Source: Takakia lepidozioides (lineage: Eukaryota; Plantae; Bryophyta). From it: a stretch of DNA of 64,000 nucleotides. A program made the translations under genes and the position numbers. The notes under the pieces are model-generated. The model searched no databases. It was not told the origin of the DNA and worked only from the letters and a program-made list of their open reading frames with translations. Numbering within the stretch: position 1 is the first letter of the stretch; the number at the start of each line of letters is the position of its first letter. Location of the stretch: NCBI GenBank assembly GCA_030704615.1, contig CM060731.1, positions 71,424,001-71,488,000 of the forward strand, given 5' to 3'. Below are positions 22,401 to 35,400 of the stretch, piece after piece.

Positions 22401-25384
22401 GGCTGGTGGGCCATCAGGGTCAGTGCCAATGTTCCACACCATGGGGTCCTGTGACCTTACTGACAATTGTCCATATTTTAGGAGGAAATGCTGCCCTCCA
22501 AGAACCTCCCTTTTCAAAGTCGATAAGGGCCCAGTATTTTGTCTAAAACCTGGGGCTTATGGCCCATGCCATCCAGATGCCTTTGTTAATATGGTGATGT
22601 GGATGCTTTGTTGGTGAGTGTCTGACCAAGAGCAAGAGCTGGCTTAAACAGTCTTCCTGTTGATTGCTGCTGCTTCTGATTGTGGTAAGACTATCTCACA
22701 GTATGTGGCAGGATTCTTGATGCTGGTGTCATTGAATTGGAAAGGCTACAATGCATTGGCTATTGCTGCACCTTCCTGGACGGAGCTCATGCATATAGCG
22801 CAGCTGGCTGTTCCTGTTCTTCTAACCAATGTGTCAAAGGTACACATTCCTCCTCAAATGCCTGATATTAATCATGTTGGCCACAAATTTCTAATATCTA
22901 TCTTGCCTAGCAACGGAGGGGGTAACATGTCATGTGTTTTGTCCTTGTCTTTAGGATGATGTGTCTATGTTGACTTTTCGGTGGACGTTATTACTTCCTT
23001 TCTTTGCTATCCTGTAGAGATATGTAGATCTTTGTCCAAATCTCGACCAGGTGCTAAGCATGGCACTTGATTCAATTTATGGGAATTTGGGTTACCTTGG
23101 ATGCAGGTAATGTTTTACATGCTGATGACATATTTGGTAACATCTTTGGGAGCTACCACTCTAGCGGCTCACCAGGTATATGATGGATGCTGCATCTGTT
23201 GGAAAGATACAGCAGGGTTGCATGTTTTAGATTGCTGTGTCTGTGATTTACTGGTATCACAAGAATAGCCAGGTGTGCTTGTGAAAGACAGGTAGGAAAT
23301 TTCCTCTTGTCCAGTGTTACTAGAGTGTCAGGGGATGGGGGCCCTCTGCTGCTTTCCAAGTCCTTGGTCAGGGGTGGTGTCAAAGGATGTGTGTGATGGT
23401 TGGGATGCAGGTGATGATAGGGATCTACAGTCTTTGTGGTGTGTGGGGAGAGCCCCTAGGGCAGACTGCTCAGGCTTTCATGCCTGCTCTCATTCACGGT
23501 CCCAAACACAACCTGAAACAGGTAACTCACCCCACCCAAAAGCTGAGCTGTTCTAGTCATTGTCGTCTCTTTTATTTGTCCCATAGCTCTCTGATCTTTC
23601 TTTCCCTTTTCCTTTGTCCCTTGGGCACTCAGCCCTCCCCATGGATGTAAGCTTGTTCCTTCCTTCCTATCTATCTCTCCCATTCTCACAGAAATAGTTT
23701 GCAACAATTTAGGGCTGTAGTTGTTTGCATTTTTTTCCCCTTGAGCATGTTTGTCACCATCAACATGTCATTGTGTTTTGTGGTGTTGTGGTGGTCACAG
23801 GCACGGATCCTACTGCGGTCACTAATGGTGATAGGCGTAGTGATTGGATTATTGTCAGCGTGCCTGGCAGCATCAATACCGTGGTTTTTCCCCCAAGTCT
23901 TCACTGGTGACATTGCTATTATTAATCATGTACGGTCTCCTCCGGTTTCCTGTCATATTTTCTGATGCAGAGGCTATATGTAAATTCTCCTGTATAGGGA
24001 GATATCTTTCATATTAAGCTTACTAGCTGGAGCCTGAAACCATGTGGTACATAGTAGAGTTTATCCAGAAAGTGATACCTTTCTGATTTGGAATGCCTGG
24101 ATTTATTTGGTGTCCCCTGACCATTGTTCTAGCAAAATTGGCGAATTTTTTTTTTTCTAAAACATTTCTCGGTTTATTCTTTGCAGATGAGGATGGTGAC
24201 ATTGCCATTTCTTTGCGGATTGATGATGACCCCACCTACTTCTACTTTGGAAGGAACCCTGCTGGTCTTTCTTGCTCTTTCTTCCTCCCACTCATAAGGT
24301 CGATCTAAGGCAATGTTGTGTTGAATGGTTTTTTTTAACTGAAAGAGCTGTATTCTCTTTGGACTCCTGAACATTACATTGTTACTGACTTTGTTACTAA
24401 CTTCAAATTTGAAACATGCAGGCTGGTAGGGACTTGAAATTCCTAGTAGTAAGCATGGCATCTTCCTTTTGTGGTGCCAGCCTCCTGCTACTGGTATGCT
24501 TACTAGCCCAATCTTATCTCCAAATCTATTTTGTATGCCATTTGCAGGCATCCAGTGAGGGTGCTGGACCGAGTGAAGCTAGGCCAGCAAGTATGCCGTA
24601 GGATATTGACATCTTATCTGGTGACTTTTCATCTCTTTCAATTGCTAGGGAGCCAGTGTCCTATAAAGACTCGCCGATCTATTCTATCCTGATACAAAAA
24701 TGCAGATTGCTTACAAGGGACATGGATTCAATGAATTGACCTTCTAAGATTGCAAGAAGTTTCCTGACTATCATTTTCATTGTTTAACATGCACAGACAC
24801 TGAGAATGAACTACAGGAGTCACCTATCAAGAATCAGCTAGCCAGTGAAAACTGATCTACTGTATGGTTTACGAAGTTGTCGGCAACTGCTTGATGCAGT
24901 AGCCCGTCTGACTACTTTCAAGTGTCACTTGTCACTTAAATTTTTGTATTTTCTGGGTTATCCTTTATGCACAGATAGTCGACAGGCTTGGCTTTGGCCT
25001 ACAAGGCATTTGGTGGATACTGGCGGCATTTAGATGGGTAACTTCCTGAACTCATCCTTAGTAGCACTTAAAATGAGGGCTTTTCATTTCCTTGTTGAAC
25101 TTTGTCACAGGCGTGGGCAGTCCTTTGGAATTTTAGTTTTCTTTTTAAAGCACATGGAGTGGGCTGTGTAGCAAAAGTTTGTTCATCATAGTGGGAGGGA
25201 CAATGGTTGAGCCAGTGAAGCACCGAGGGGAGGACGGAAACCGGTGGCTTGATGTGTGGCTTCTGTTGCATGGCAGATACGTCTCATGCAGTCATATTTG
25301 CGTCTGGTCTCTCCTTGGAGCGTCCTGGCTGATCGCTGCTCATCTTCGGCTGTGGATTCCACTTTGCATCTGAAAACTGCATGA
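19437..25384 (+). CDS. MATE/DETOXIFICATION efflux transporter, chloroplast EDS5/DTX46-like, ~14 exons
   Basis: [30 protein letters not shown]|[31 protein letters not shown]|[27 protein letters not shown]; last exon 25277-25384 ends LKTA*; long Ser-rich N-terminus; GT-AG introns. Confidence 0.9.
22045..22076 (-). mobile_element. 32-bp extreme 5'-truncated LINE 3' end in a MATE intron
   Basis: Near-identical to the LINE terminus at 33294-33322; flanked by 13-bp direct repeat gcaaaaatagaat (22032-22044, 22077-22089). Confidence 0.8.
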
Positions 25385-26299
25385 TTAGATAGTGGTGTAT
25401 TTGGATTCATGGAAGTTGTACAGTTGTCTGTGGGGTTTCCTGTTGGTTTGGGTGGCTGTCTTGTCTTGAAGGGATTGTGGGACGTATGCGCCTGTAAAGG
25501 GCGTAAAATGTTTGTATCCACACCTTTCACACAGACTCCATTTCTATTTATTTTGACGCTCAAGTAAGCCAGAGACACCACCTTGAATGCATGAATTCCA
25601 GTCGCGGAGGATTTCAAGTAGGAATGGCAATGGTCGAAGTACACATGTGCAACAATTGGAAGCAGTGAGAAAAGCATGTCCACGTCTTTCTTGTAATTTA
25701 GCCTGGACAAAGTACCCCCTCAAGGAAGCCAATACAAGTGTATCTTAAGTAAGGCTTGAACTATCTAACGCAAAGATGCCTTCTGAGTTTTTGACAGCTG
25801 GCACAGGAAAAGTGGTAGCTCTGCGGTCAAACTCCTGGCAACCCTCTCAGATCATGGCTAAGTGTCCATTAACAGGGAAGTGTTCATTTTCTAAAGTTGA
25901 ATTCCAAGTGGTTCACTTACAATAGTGATGTGTGCAGTAAAATTCTGCACTGGAGACAATTGACATACCTTGCAGAATCACTTTGATCAGCATAGCTCAT
26001 GCCAAATGAGGTTTGTCAGGAATTGTCCATGGCTTCAGAAGTCACTTTCTGATAGGTATAGAACACCTTGCAGGAGAGAGGTGAAAAGGTTACAGAATGC
26101 AGGCTCATCGGTTTTTGAAACCAGGATTCATAATGAATCCCCAACACATTTTCATCCCCTCTTCCTCATGTGGAAATCCTTTCAAGGTATAATTGGAATT
26201 GTGCAGTGTTCCGAGCTTGCGTTCGACTGGGAGGATAAAAGTTGGACATGCGGTTATGGGACAAGCCAAATTGCTTTTGTGGAACTCTAATATCTCTGA

Positions 26300-27250
26300 T
26301 ACGCCACCTGAAACAACAGCACGATCAGTAGGTTACCCCATGACATCCAAAGCAACGAAGACAATGTACTCGAGTATTATTGACAACGAAATGTGTGGCC
26401 GGATCATGAATGGCACTGGCGGACATTTAGAAGCACAAATGACGTTTCTCATGAAGACAATCGAGACAGTGGGTGATCGCATGAGCTCCATAGGCCAGCA
26501 GATCACCAGCTATGTAGGATATCGGGACCCAATTGGCGAATCCGGCCCCAACCCAACAAAAATTTGGTGCTTCAACTGTAATAGCAGGTCACGGTTCGCA
26601 ACATTGTCCTTATCCCATACGGAAGAAACAGGTAAGCCGGAACTCGAACTATTAGGATAGGCAGAAGCGTAATCTCAACCAGCCACAGAGAGGTTGTCAG
26701 AAATGTGGAAGTCCGCGTCACACAACTGAAGAATGTTGGAGTGACATTGTATGTGTGGCCGCACAACACTGCCCTGCTGTAATATTTTAAGAGCCGAGTG
26801 TTCAAAAAATGAGTGCCATCAATAGTAACAGTCACTGTGATATCACCCACCTGCGAATCAGATTGTCCACTCGAATCCGCCTGCAAGCTGGTAGGAACTA
26901 TAGTTGTATATTGAAGCGGTGCCGTGACTGATGCTGGAGCCGTTGCTGGGACATATGGCCTCGCTCCTCCAACATAGGAGGGCGTGCAGTAATGCAAAGC
27001 AGGCTGGATTACCGCTAATGGTACCGGCTCATGAGTGGGCTCGATCGTGATATATGACGGAAGTGCTAACTCGGCATCTTGGCCCGTTGCACCTTCTCTC
27101 CCAGCCTGTATGGCATCTGCCAAAGTTGCAGGTCTCTGCTGCAAACATGGAAGTGAGTGGCCTCTTGTAAACCGGGGATCCATCTCATACAATAACGATA
27201 AGATGGCATTAATCGCAGCAGCTTCAACAAGGTGTTATCATTCTGGAACT
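26300..27250. mobile_element. Decayed retrotransposon gag-like relics
   Basis: Zinc-knuckle-like CFNC and CQKCGSPRHTTEEC on +, PATLADAI on -; fragmentary. Confidence 0.4.
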
Positions 27251-28039
27251 TAGCATACCAATGAAAAAATTACCTTTATCACGGTAGTTCCAGTTTGGAG
27301 AGACTGAGTTAGAAACCAAAAAATAAAAAAATAAAAAACTAAGATCGTCATATTGTAGATATGAGCTGGGCATGAGTTCAGGAACAGGGAACCTAGGAAC
27401 GGTGTCTATTTGTTGTTGGGAACATTATCAGAGAACAAAAATTAAATAAATAGATCACCTATGTGTCAGTTAATTGGTCAAATGGATTGGTTGGTCATAT
27501 TTGAATCCTAGTTGGTCTTATCTTTGTCAAATAGACTCCGTTTGACGCAGTTTTCAGGGGGATAGTTGCAGAAAATTTGAGGTCTATTGAAGAAGCTGCT
27601 TCAACTCTTGAATGAGCACTGAGCTTTGTGTTTGATACCTGCCACTCTTTTTACATTAGTATATGGCTGGAGGAGATGATGATGCCATTGAATGGCTCAT
27701 TTCCTCGTTGACTCTTCAAGTGGTTGGGGAAACTATTTATGTTACCCAAGGCACACAAACTGATCAGCTGAGTGGAGATCAATTGGATGAGTGTTTACAT
27801 ACAGTGAGTCGGGCATTGAGCTCTATAATCTGTTGCAGTTGGGTCTAAGGGCCATGGCATTAGTTTGAGGCGCAGTCAGAGTTTGGCTGGGGAAAGCAGC
27901 TCTCGAACTGTTGGTGAACATATACATGGTTGAGAGCTAGGCTGGGACCACAGCCAATGACAGCTCCAGGGACCAAGTTATTCAGTTAAAATGCAGGAGG
28001 AAAGTTGCGGAGTGTTTGCAGGTACCCCCGTGCTCATAT

Positions 28040-28370
28040 AAGTGATGGTAGAGGAAATGGAGAGTGTTGGGAGGAGGGTGTGCTGGGGTTAGGAATTGCT
28101 TTAGTCTCTCCTCCCCATAGTTTTCCACCCTCTCAGTAGGCCAAAACCTTTCCATAGGTGGAGGCAAGAGTCAGTCCGGGTTTGGGCAGGGGTGTCATTG
28201 CAAGAGCAACACTGTGGAGTAGATTTTGGTGTGGGGGGTTGTTGTTTGAGTTTCTTGTGTTTGGATCCCCTCTACACCTACATGCTTGACTGTGCGCTAT
28301 GTTAGTTTTGTGTAGGTGCTTGTTTTTCTAGGTGGTTGGCTCGGATTTGATCACCGATCCAATCCTAGAG
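28040..28370 (+). repeat. Isolated fragment of the Gypsy family 5' leader
   Basis: Colinear with ~45440-45766 (ggaggcaagagtcagtccgggtttgggc, tttggatcccctc, cggatttgatcacc). Confidence 0.8.
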
Positions 28371-29480
28371 TGTATTGCCGATTATTTCTTCTATGGAAAC
28401 AATATGGGGGCCAACGTCTTCACTTTTGTCTTCTAAATACATGATGATCCTCCAAGCACTATTCGGTTGTAGAAGCTGCACAGGTCATACACGTTGCACG
28501 GATGCACGAACGGTGACAAAACATTTTTGGGGACGATAATGAAGGGAGGAGGACGATAGAGAGAGGTCGACCATTACTTGGGCGACAGAAATTATCCGCT
28601 ATAGGAGGTGCAATGATTCATTTTGAACGGCAACGTCCATCCAAAAAAAAAAATCAAATCTAGATTTTGAATGTCATGTGTGACCATCCATGTATGACCA
28701 TGTGTCCATAGCATGGTCATGATGTAATGGTGGTGTTACATGAAACATGTACTACAGGCATGATGGATGATTGTGCTATACTTATCACTTCATCCACGGA
28801 TTTCAATCAGCATAAAACAGAATCTACTCCAATATAATTTGGACTAACCACTAGAGTCATCAAACTGTCAGATTCTGGATCGACGGTTGAGTCAGTTCTT
28901 CCCATACGACGGTCTTCAGATGACCCCGTCCGTAGCCGCGGATCAGAGAACTTTGGATGGTGGCCGTTGCTGCCTAATCCTTTGAAATCCAAAATTCCAC
29001 TCAATGCTTTCCTCCTTCAGATATTTGAAGTGTTTCTGGATGTGGGTTTTTCCTGGGTGCAGTGTAAGATGTCAAAAGTGATTGCATAGAGACAGGATGT
29101 GTCTCTACGCTTTGCATACCAGTGTGCTATTATCACTGAAGTGAGAAGCAGCTCGTTGATTGCCAGTGTTGGGCTCAGATTTCTTCGAATTGATGGTGGG
29201 TTTATGGTAAGCTCGACTCCCACAAACAATCAAACCTTGCGTTGAGGTTTGCAAGGGAGTGGCACAGACCGCAGCAGCTGGGGAGCCAGGAATTGTTACA
29301 ATGCAGAGAGAGGAATTTGAACCTCGAAGGTATTGAGAGCTCATGCTTTTGTTTAAATGAACAAATGTTGGTGTGGATAGCACCAGCTAGCAGACAATTA
29401 ACCTGGGAGCTCAAGATTGGAGAACCCAGTGAAGAAACGAAGGGGTACTGGAGGGGCAGGGCGTTGCCCCCCTACCCAGT

Positions 29481-32400
29481 ATGCATATGCAAGCACTATC
29501 TGTGACAGCATGCTCAGCGCAGCTCCCAATCTGCATTACTGATGTGGACTCCCAGCATTTGAGGAGGTCCGCAGAGCTGGCGGGATCCTCAGCTGGTTTA
29601 ACTGCCCCTCATCCGAATTCTGGTTGTGTGATAGCACATGGATCACGGGTGGTTGGGGAAGGCTTTCTCTATGCCCAAGGTACACAGAGCGCCGAAGTGC
29701 AAGCAGTGGAGAGAGCTGGGGAATATGCCAGGGGGGCGACAGCATACTTAAATCTGGAGCCTGGAGACTGTGATGGTGATGATAGTGCAGTGCTTGCACT
29801 CGCACAGGTAATATTCCTGCATGATATTGCTTTTGCTTAGTATGTTCTCCAGCAGCCAGGTCTGGCGAACCTTAGCATGCAGGATTGGCTTTTTTATGAA
29901 AGCGGGTAACTGCAGTTCTGGAGAACATCACATTGAGAAGGAAGAAGGAATCTTCCAATAATTTGCCCATGGAGGAGATGAGAGCTGATTGTGGGCAAGG
30001 CAGGCAGGGGTGTCAAGAGTGGTGGTAGGAATGCGCCACCCACTCCAGCATTTGCGTGGCAAAGCCATTACTGCCCTCAGACATGGGAGGGCCATTGTGG
30101 ACGTTTGTGGAGAGGAGCAAGTTGAGGACAGCCTCAAGGTACCAAGTTTAGCAGTTCCTAAGCCCCTGACCCTGGAGACACCAATGGTCTGTATTGCTGT
30201 TGATTCCTTCAACTTCAAACTTGTTACCAGGCCTTCACTATTGTATTACCATACACGATTGAGTCCAACTGGTGAAATTTCCTACATGAAAAACAGGCTT
30301 ACTGAACACTGGAATTCCCTTGTGCACTGGATACGGGAGGTTTAGTACAAAATCAACCTAGAGTGAAGTGAACTCTCATCAGTGGTGAGCTACCTATGTG
30401 AGGAAATTTACGGTGGTCACTTTTTAATAGACAACAGAAGTGTGCTGGTCACGGCTTTAATATGTACTAGATTGTTAGAAAGTCTTCTCAACTTTGCAGT
30501 TACCAGCTTTTTTGGGGAGAGAAAATTTAGGCACTCATGCTATGATCATCGCAAGCAGGAAGGTCTGGTCCTCAGGTTGTCAGTCTCAAATTGAATTTTG
30601 GCGTTGCTTTGGTGAGGTCATTAGGCTTTATTGTACTGATGGTACCTTACTCGCTGGGTATTGGTCTCATGCAGGAAGCTCTGAAGGCATGTCAGGCTGT
30701 GAATGCCCCTATTCTTTACAGGGCTGCATATGGTATCCCTTACTCTGTTTTGAAGTATGCCATGACTCTTGATGGTAAGCTCCATCCTCTCTTTGAATTG
30801 TCAAAATAAGGAGTCTAAGACATTGATTGTTAACAACCTTCATTGATTAATCAGGAAAAACACCAAAGTAGCTCCGCCAATGGAGTCTGTACTGTAAAGA
30901 TGATGCACCCTACAAATTGGATGGGGGTTTGGAGCAGGAAAGATTGCTGCAAGCACTGGGCATGCATCATGGGTGTCTGGCAAGCTTTCTCGGCAGTGTG
31001 TGTTTGCAACTCGAGCACAGAGTGATGCTATCATTGTGGGAGGCAATACTGTTCGGCGTGATGGTGAGTATGACATTCACTGGATTGTAGTTCTTCTAGA
31101 TGCTGGTCAGTATTATTGGGTCAGTACTATGTTTTGGGAGGTTGGTATCCAGCAGGGATTTTTCCCTGTTATGGCCATACTCTCAGGGTTTGGTCAAGGA
31201 GTACGTCTTCTCTGTGTGGACATTATAAAGTTCCTTTCTTTCTGTCTATGAAACAAGGGGTTGCTACTGCTGCATTTGTCGCGACATCTGTTCCTTGAGA
31301 GAAGTTTTCCATCACGAAGATCAGAGAAGTCTTGCACCATATTTACACAAGGCTCTTTAAATCAGCAAATCACTGTAGGAGGAATTCTAGTTTTACTGGC
31401 CTGGTGGCTGGTTGTTGGGGTCCCCTGTTTTCTGTTCCCAAGCTTTTCTTTCCTTTGCCCCGTATTCTCTTTGAGCTTTGCGTGGATGTTATTTCTGTCT
31501 ATTTTTTCCTGGTCATCTTCTTACATGAGTTGATAGCTTTCGAACTTATGGTCATATCCAGATCCACGCCTGACGACAAGGCAAGAAGGGGGCCATCTGC
31601 CAGTCCGCATTGTCATGTCACGATGCCTGAACTTACCAGAGGATGCCAACCTTTGGGATGTCTCCACCATGCAGACCATAGTGATGACGCAGTGTGGGGC
31701 CCGCCAAGATTTCCTAGCAAAGCTGGCCTCCAGAGGGGTAGAGATAGTTGAGTTTGACTTTCTTACCCCCAGGGCAGTAATGGACTATTGCTATGCCCGA
31801 GGGTTCCTCTCAGTGCTCTGGGAGTGTGGGGGCATGCTGTCAGCACCTGCCATTTCTTCAGGTGTCATCCACAAGGCAAGGTCTCTTCTTCACACATGAG
31901 CTTTCACACTTGGATATGTCAACAGAGTCCTTCCACGTGCAAGAATCTGCATCTTAATCAAAAGCATTTGTTGTGATACTCCACTGTTTTCCACTTTACA
32001 CGTATTATGGTTGCAGATGTTGATGAGTAGTGCATTGGGTTGTAAGGTATTCAACTGGTTTAGTCTAAAGACAGAGCTTTCTGGTTTGCTTCCAGAGGTT
32101 GACTCCACTGTGCTGTCTATTGTGTGTGAAACATTGTGATGTTTCTTGAGGACACCGATAATTTTTTACATTTTGCTTACATTCTGAAAATGCTGGTTTG
32201 TGCTGTGCCGTTTTGTCTGTTGGAACAGGTGATGGCCTTTGTTGCTCCCAAGATCATTGGAGGTGTAATGGCCCCATCGCCGGTTGGAGAGCTAGGGATG
32301 GTGGAGATGACACAAGCCCTCAATTTGTCAGATGTCACGTTTGAGCAGGTAAGCAGATTGTTTCCTGACAACATCACTCTGTGGTCTTGCAGTAGTGAGT

Positions 32401-35400
32401 GCAACCACCATAGATGCTATGGATAAGCACCGATATATCATATATCTAGGATGGCGCTTTGTGTTTGGTACGTGTGGCCTGCTTTTGATGTTTTCCATTT
32501 GCCAACAATTTTTTCACAAAGCTTAAAGAATAGACATCGACATAGCAGTAACATTCTCAAGTAAATGGGTAGGAGGGTGTACTCATGACTATGTGACAGG
32601 AAATTTTAAGAAACAAAGTACAATCATTAGAGAAGCAGGCCTGAATAACTGCTGCTAAAAATGGAGTGTCTCTTGAAGGTAAGCTGCCACCTTCAACAGA
32701 CATATGAGAAATAAATACAGAAGCGTTTATAATGTATACAAGCAGCTCAAAGACCTCAAAGCAGGAAGTACCAAAATATCCACACCATTACCAGTACGAA
32801 AGGGCAATCAGACCAGTACATCTACTGAAGTATTTGACTGGGGATATAGGTCTCTGTAATAACATATAATGCAGACCTCCAATTATGAGAAAGCTTTGTC
32901 CCTGATGCATTGTGCTTGTATTACTTCAATTGGTATATGCAGATAGGACAAGATATGCTCATAGAAGGATATCTGCAACCTATTCCCGATGTGCGGCCGA
33001 CTACGCCTAATGCTGTTGAGGCCGCAGCTGTAACGGATGCTAGCATCATCCCCACTTACGACACTCCAGATGTCATTTCCTTTTATAAAGCTTGGGACCC
33101 CTATGGTGCACTATCCAACTTCTCCCCGCATCCTATCTCTTTGCCAGATATGGATGGAAAAATTGTGGTTTGGAAAAGTGTGGAGCACTATTATCAGGTT
33201 GGAATCTGCTTCCATCCCCCTGTGGCTGTCTGTATTTTCTCTTCTTTGTCCCTCCCCCTTTCCTTTGTACTAATTTGACATTCTCTAGAGAATGTACTCA
33301 TAAGACGTTGTTTGCCGTAGCCTTGTGGCCATTTACCCCGTGCCCAGTTTGAGCGGAACACAAAGGGACAGAACCTACCTTTGTCAGGGGCTGATGCCGG
33401 TAGTAAGACTTACCTTGGACTAAACAATTGATCCGGGTTTTCCGGATATCCTCTAGAAATCCTTTTACACAAGCATCTATCTGCTGTGTCTGGTTTGCCC
33501 GATAACTAGGCCCCAAAAGGGCCTGGGCTTTTGGCGAGACCTTCAAAGTTGGTAAACAGAGGTACAGGCACAATTCCCTTGATAGATTTGAAGAGAGCGT
33601 CTCTCTGCTGAGAGAACCCCGGATAATGAATCAGAAAATGAATATTGTCTTCAGGTTGCCCACACAACGGGCAATTGCACTCTTCATTTCCTCTCTGCTT
33701 TTGTTTGCTGTTCAAAGGTAGGCTTCCCACCCTGAGTTTAAATTTCAGTCTAGTGCCAAGAGTGGCTAGACCCTTGAGGTCATCCATGATGTCCTCCCCC
33801 ATGTCACAGACTGGAGACAAGTTCAGGGAAGTTCGCTGCCTAACTTCATTTTCATCAGACAATTTCCTGGCAACAGACATGGCTTTGGACACTACAGCCT
33901 CTAAGTCAGATTTATCCAGGAGGGTCAAGACTTGCGGGCTAAGATTCAGATCCTTGAGAATCTCTTGTACTCTCTTCCGCCAGGACTTAGCCTGTTTGAC
34001 GGGGCGATCCTGCTTCCAAGATATAGAGTCGATTAACTTAGGATATCTGATGTTAGACATATGTTGCAGCTGACCCCACCATCAAGGAAGGGATGCCAAA
34101 CTCACCCCGAACAGCCACATTGGCTGTTTTGGAGCATGCTGACATGCACTCCTTAAGCACCCCCACTTGAATGGATTCTAGAGACTTAGCCTGGTTGGAG
34201 TTATCAACCCATATTGCAGATGCGTACTCCAAGGCAGGTCTAATAATGCGACAAAGCATGGTTTACTTGACCTCAGAGTTGATCCCTCTGCAGTGGAAAA
34301 ATTTAGTGAGACCCAGCGCTTTGCGCATTGAACAACTTTCTGAATATGTGCATCTCAATTACAGTTGGAGGAAAACTCAACGCCGAGGTATGTGTAGGAA
34401 GGGAAGACCGGAATCTCTTGGCTTCCCCACTGCCACTCAATATCACCTCCTCCCTCTCCCCGGTCATTGAATGCCACCACTGCACATTTACTGACGTTAG
34501 CCTCTAGCCCCCAAAGGTCAAAGTATCTGGAGATTGGAAGGAGTCTCCCCTATGGCGAAATCATCTACAAACATAAGGGCTGGTATGGTGGCATCACCCA
34601 CCCTTAAGCCAAATCCCTCACTTTCCACATCCTCGATGAGTTGATTGATGAAAACATTGAAGAGCAGGGGGGAGAGGGTACATCCTTGAGCTACACCTTG
34701 GTCTATGTCAAAGAAGTTAGACTTCTGTCCATTAACAGTGACACGACTTTTGGTGTGAGCATCCAAGTTATGGACAACTCTTCACATCTTTCCCTTGATC
34801 CCACATGACCAGAGTCGGAGCCATAGGCAATCTCTCCAGTGTCATAAGCCGTTTTGACATCCAAGAAAAATACAAAAGTGGGTTTCCCTTCTTTTTTCCT
34901 TCCCTGGATAATCTGGCTTAGAGTGAGGATATGATCCACACAGCCCCTGTTTCGCCAAAAGCCAGCTTGGCCTTCGCGGAAACAACCTCTAGATTCCAGA
35001 TCAACCTCGAGACGAGTACTTATAACTCTGCAAAATATCTTGCCAACTGCATTGAGGAGTGTGATGTCTCGGTAGTTCCCCGTTTCTTCTCTGTCACCTT
35101 CTTGTATAGATTGACAATGACCCCTGTCGCCAGCGAAAGGGGATCATTTCAGGCCTCCAGATAAGGTTAAAAGAGAAGTACAAGGGCCTCTATCATTGGA
35201 TCGCCACTGTGCTTGATAAGCTCGTTGACCATGCCATCAGGTCCACCAGCTTTATGTCCGTTTAAATGCTCTATTGCTTCCACAATCTCAGAAGAACTAA
35301 TGGGAGCGTTGTAAGCCTTTGAAATATACTCCAATTCATCAGGGCTATCTTGAATCATAGGAACAGTTTTTCCAACTGTGTCCTTCCTTCAGAGGACCCC

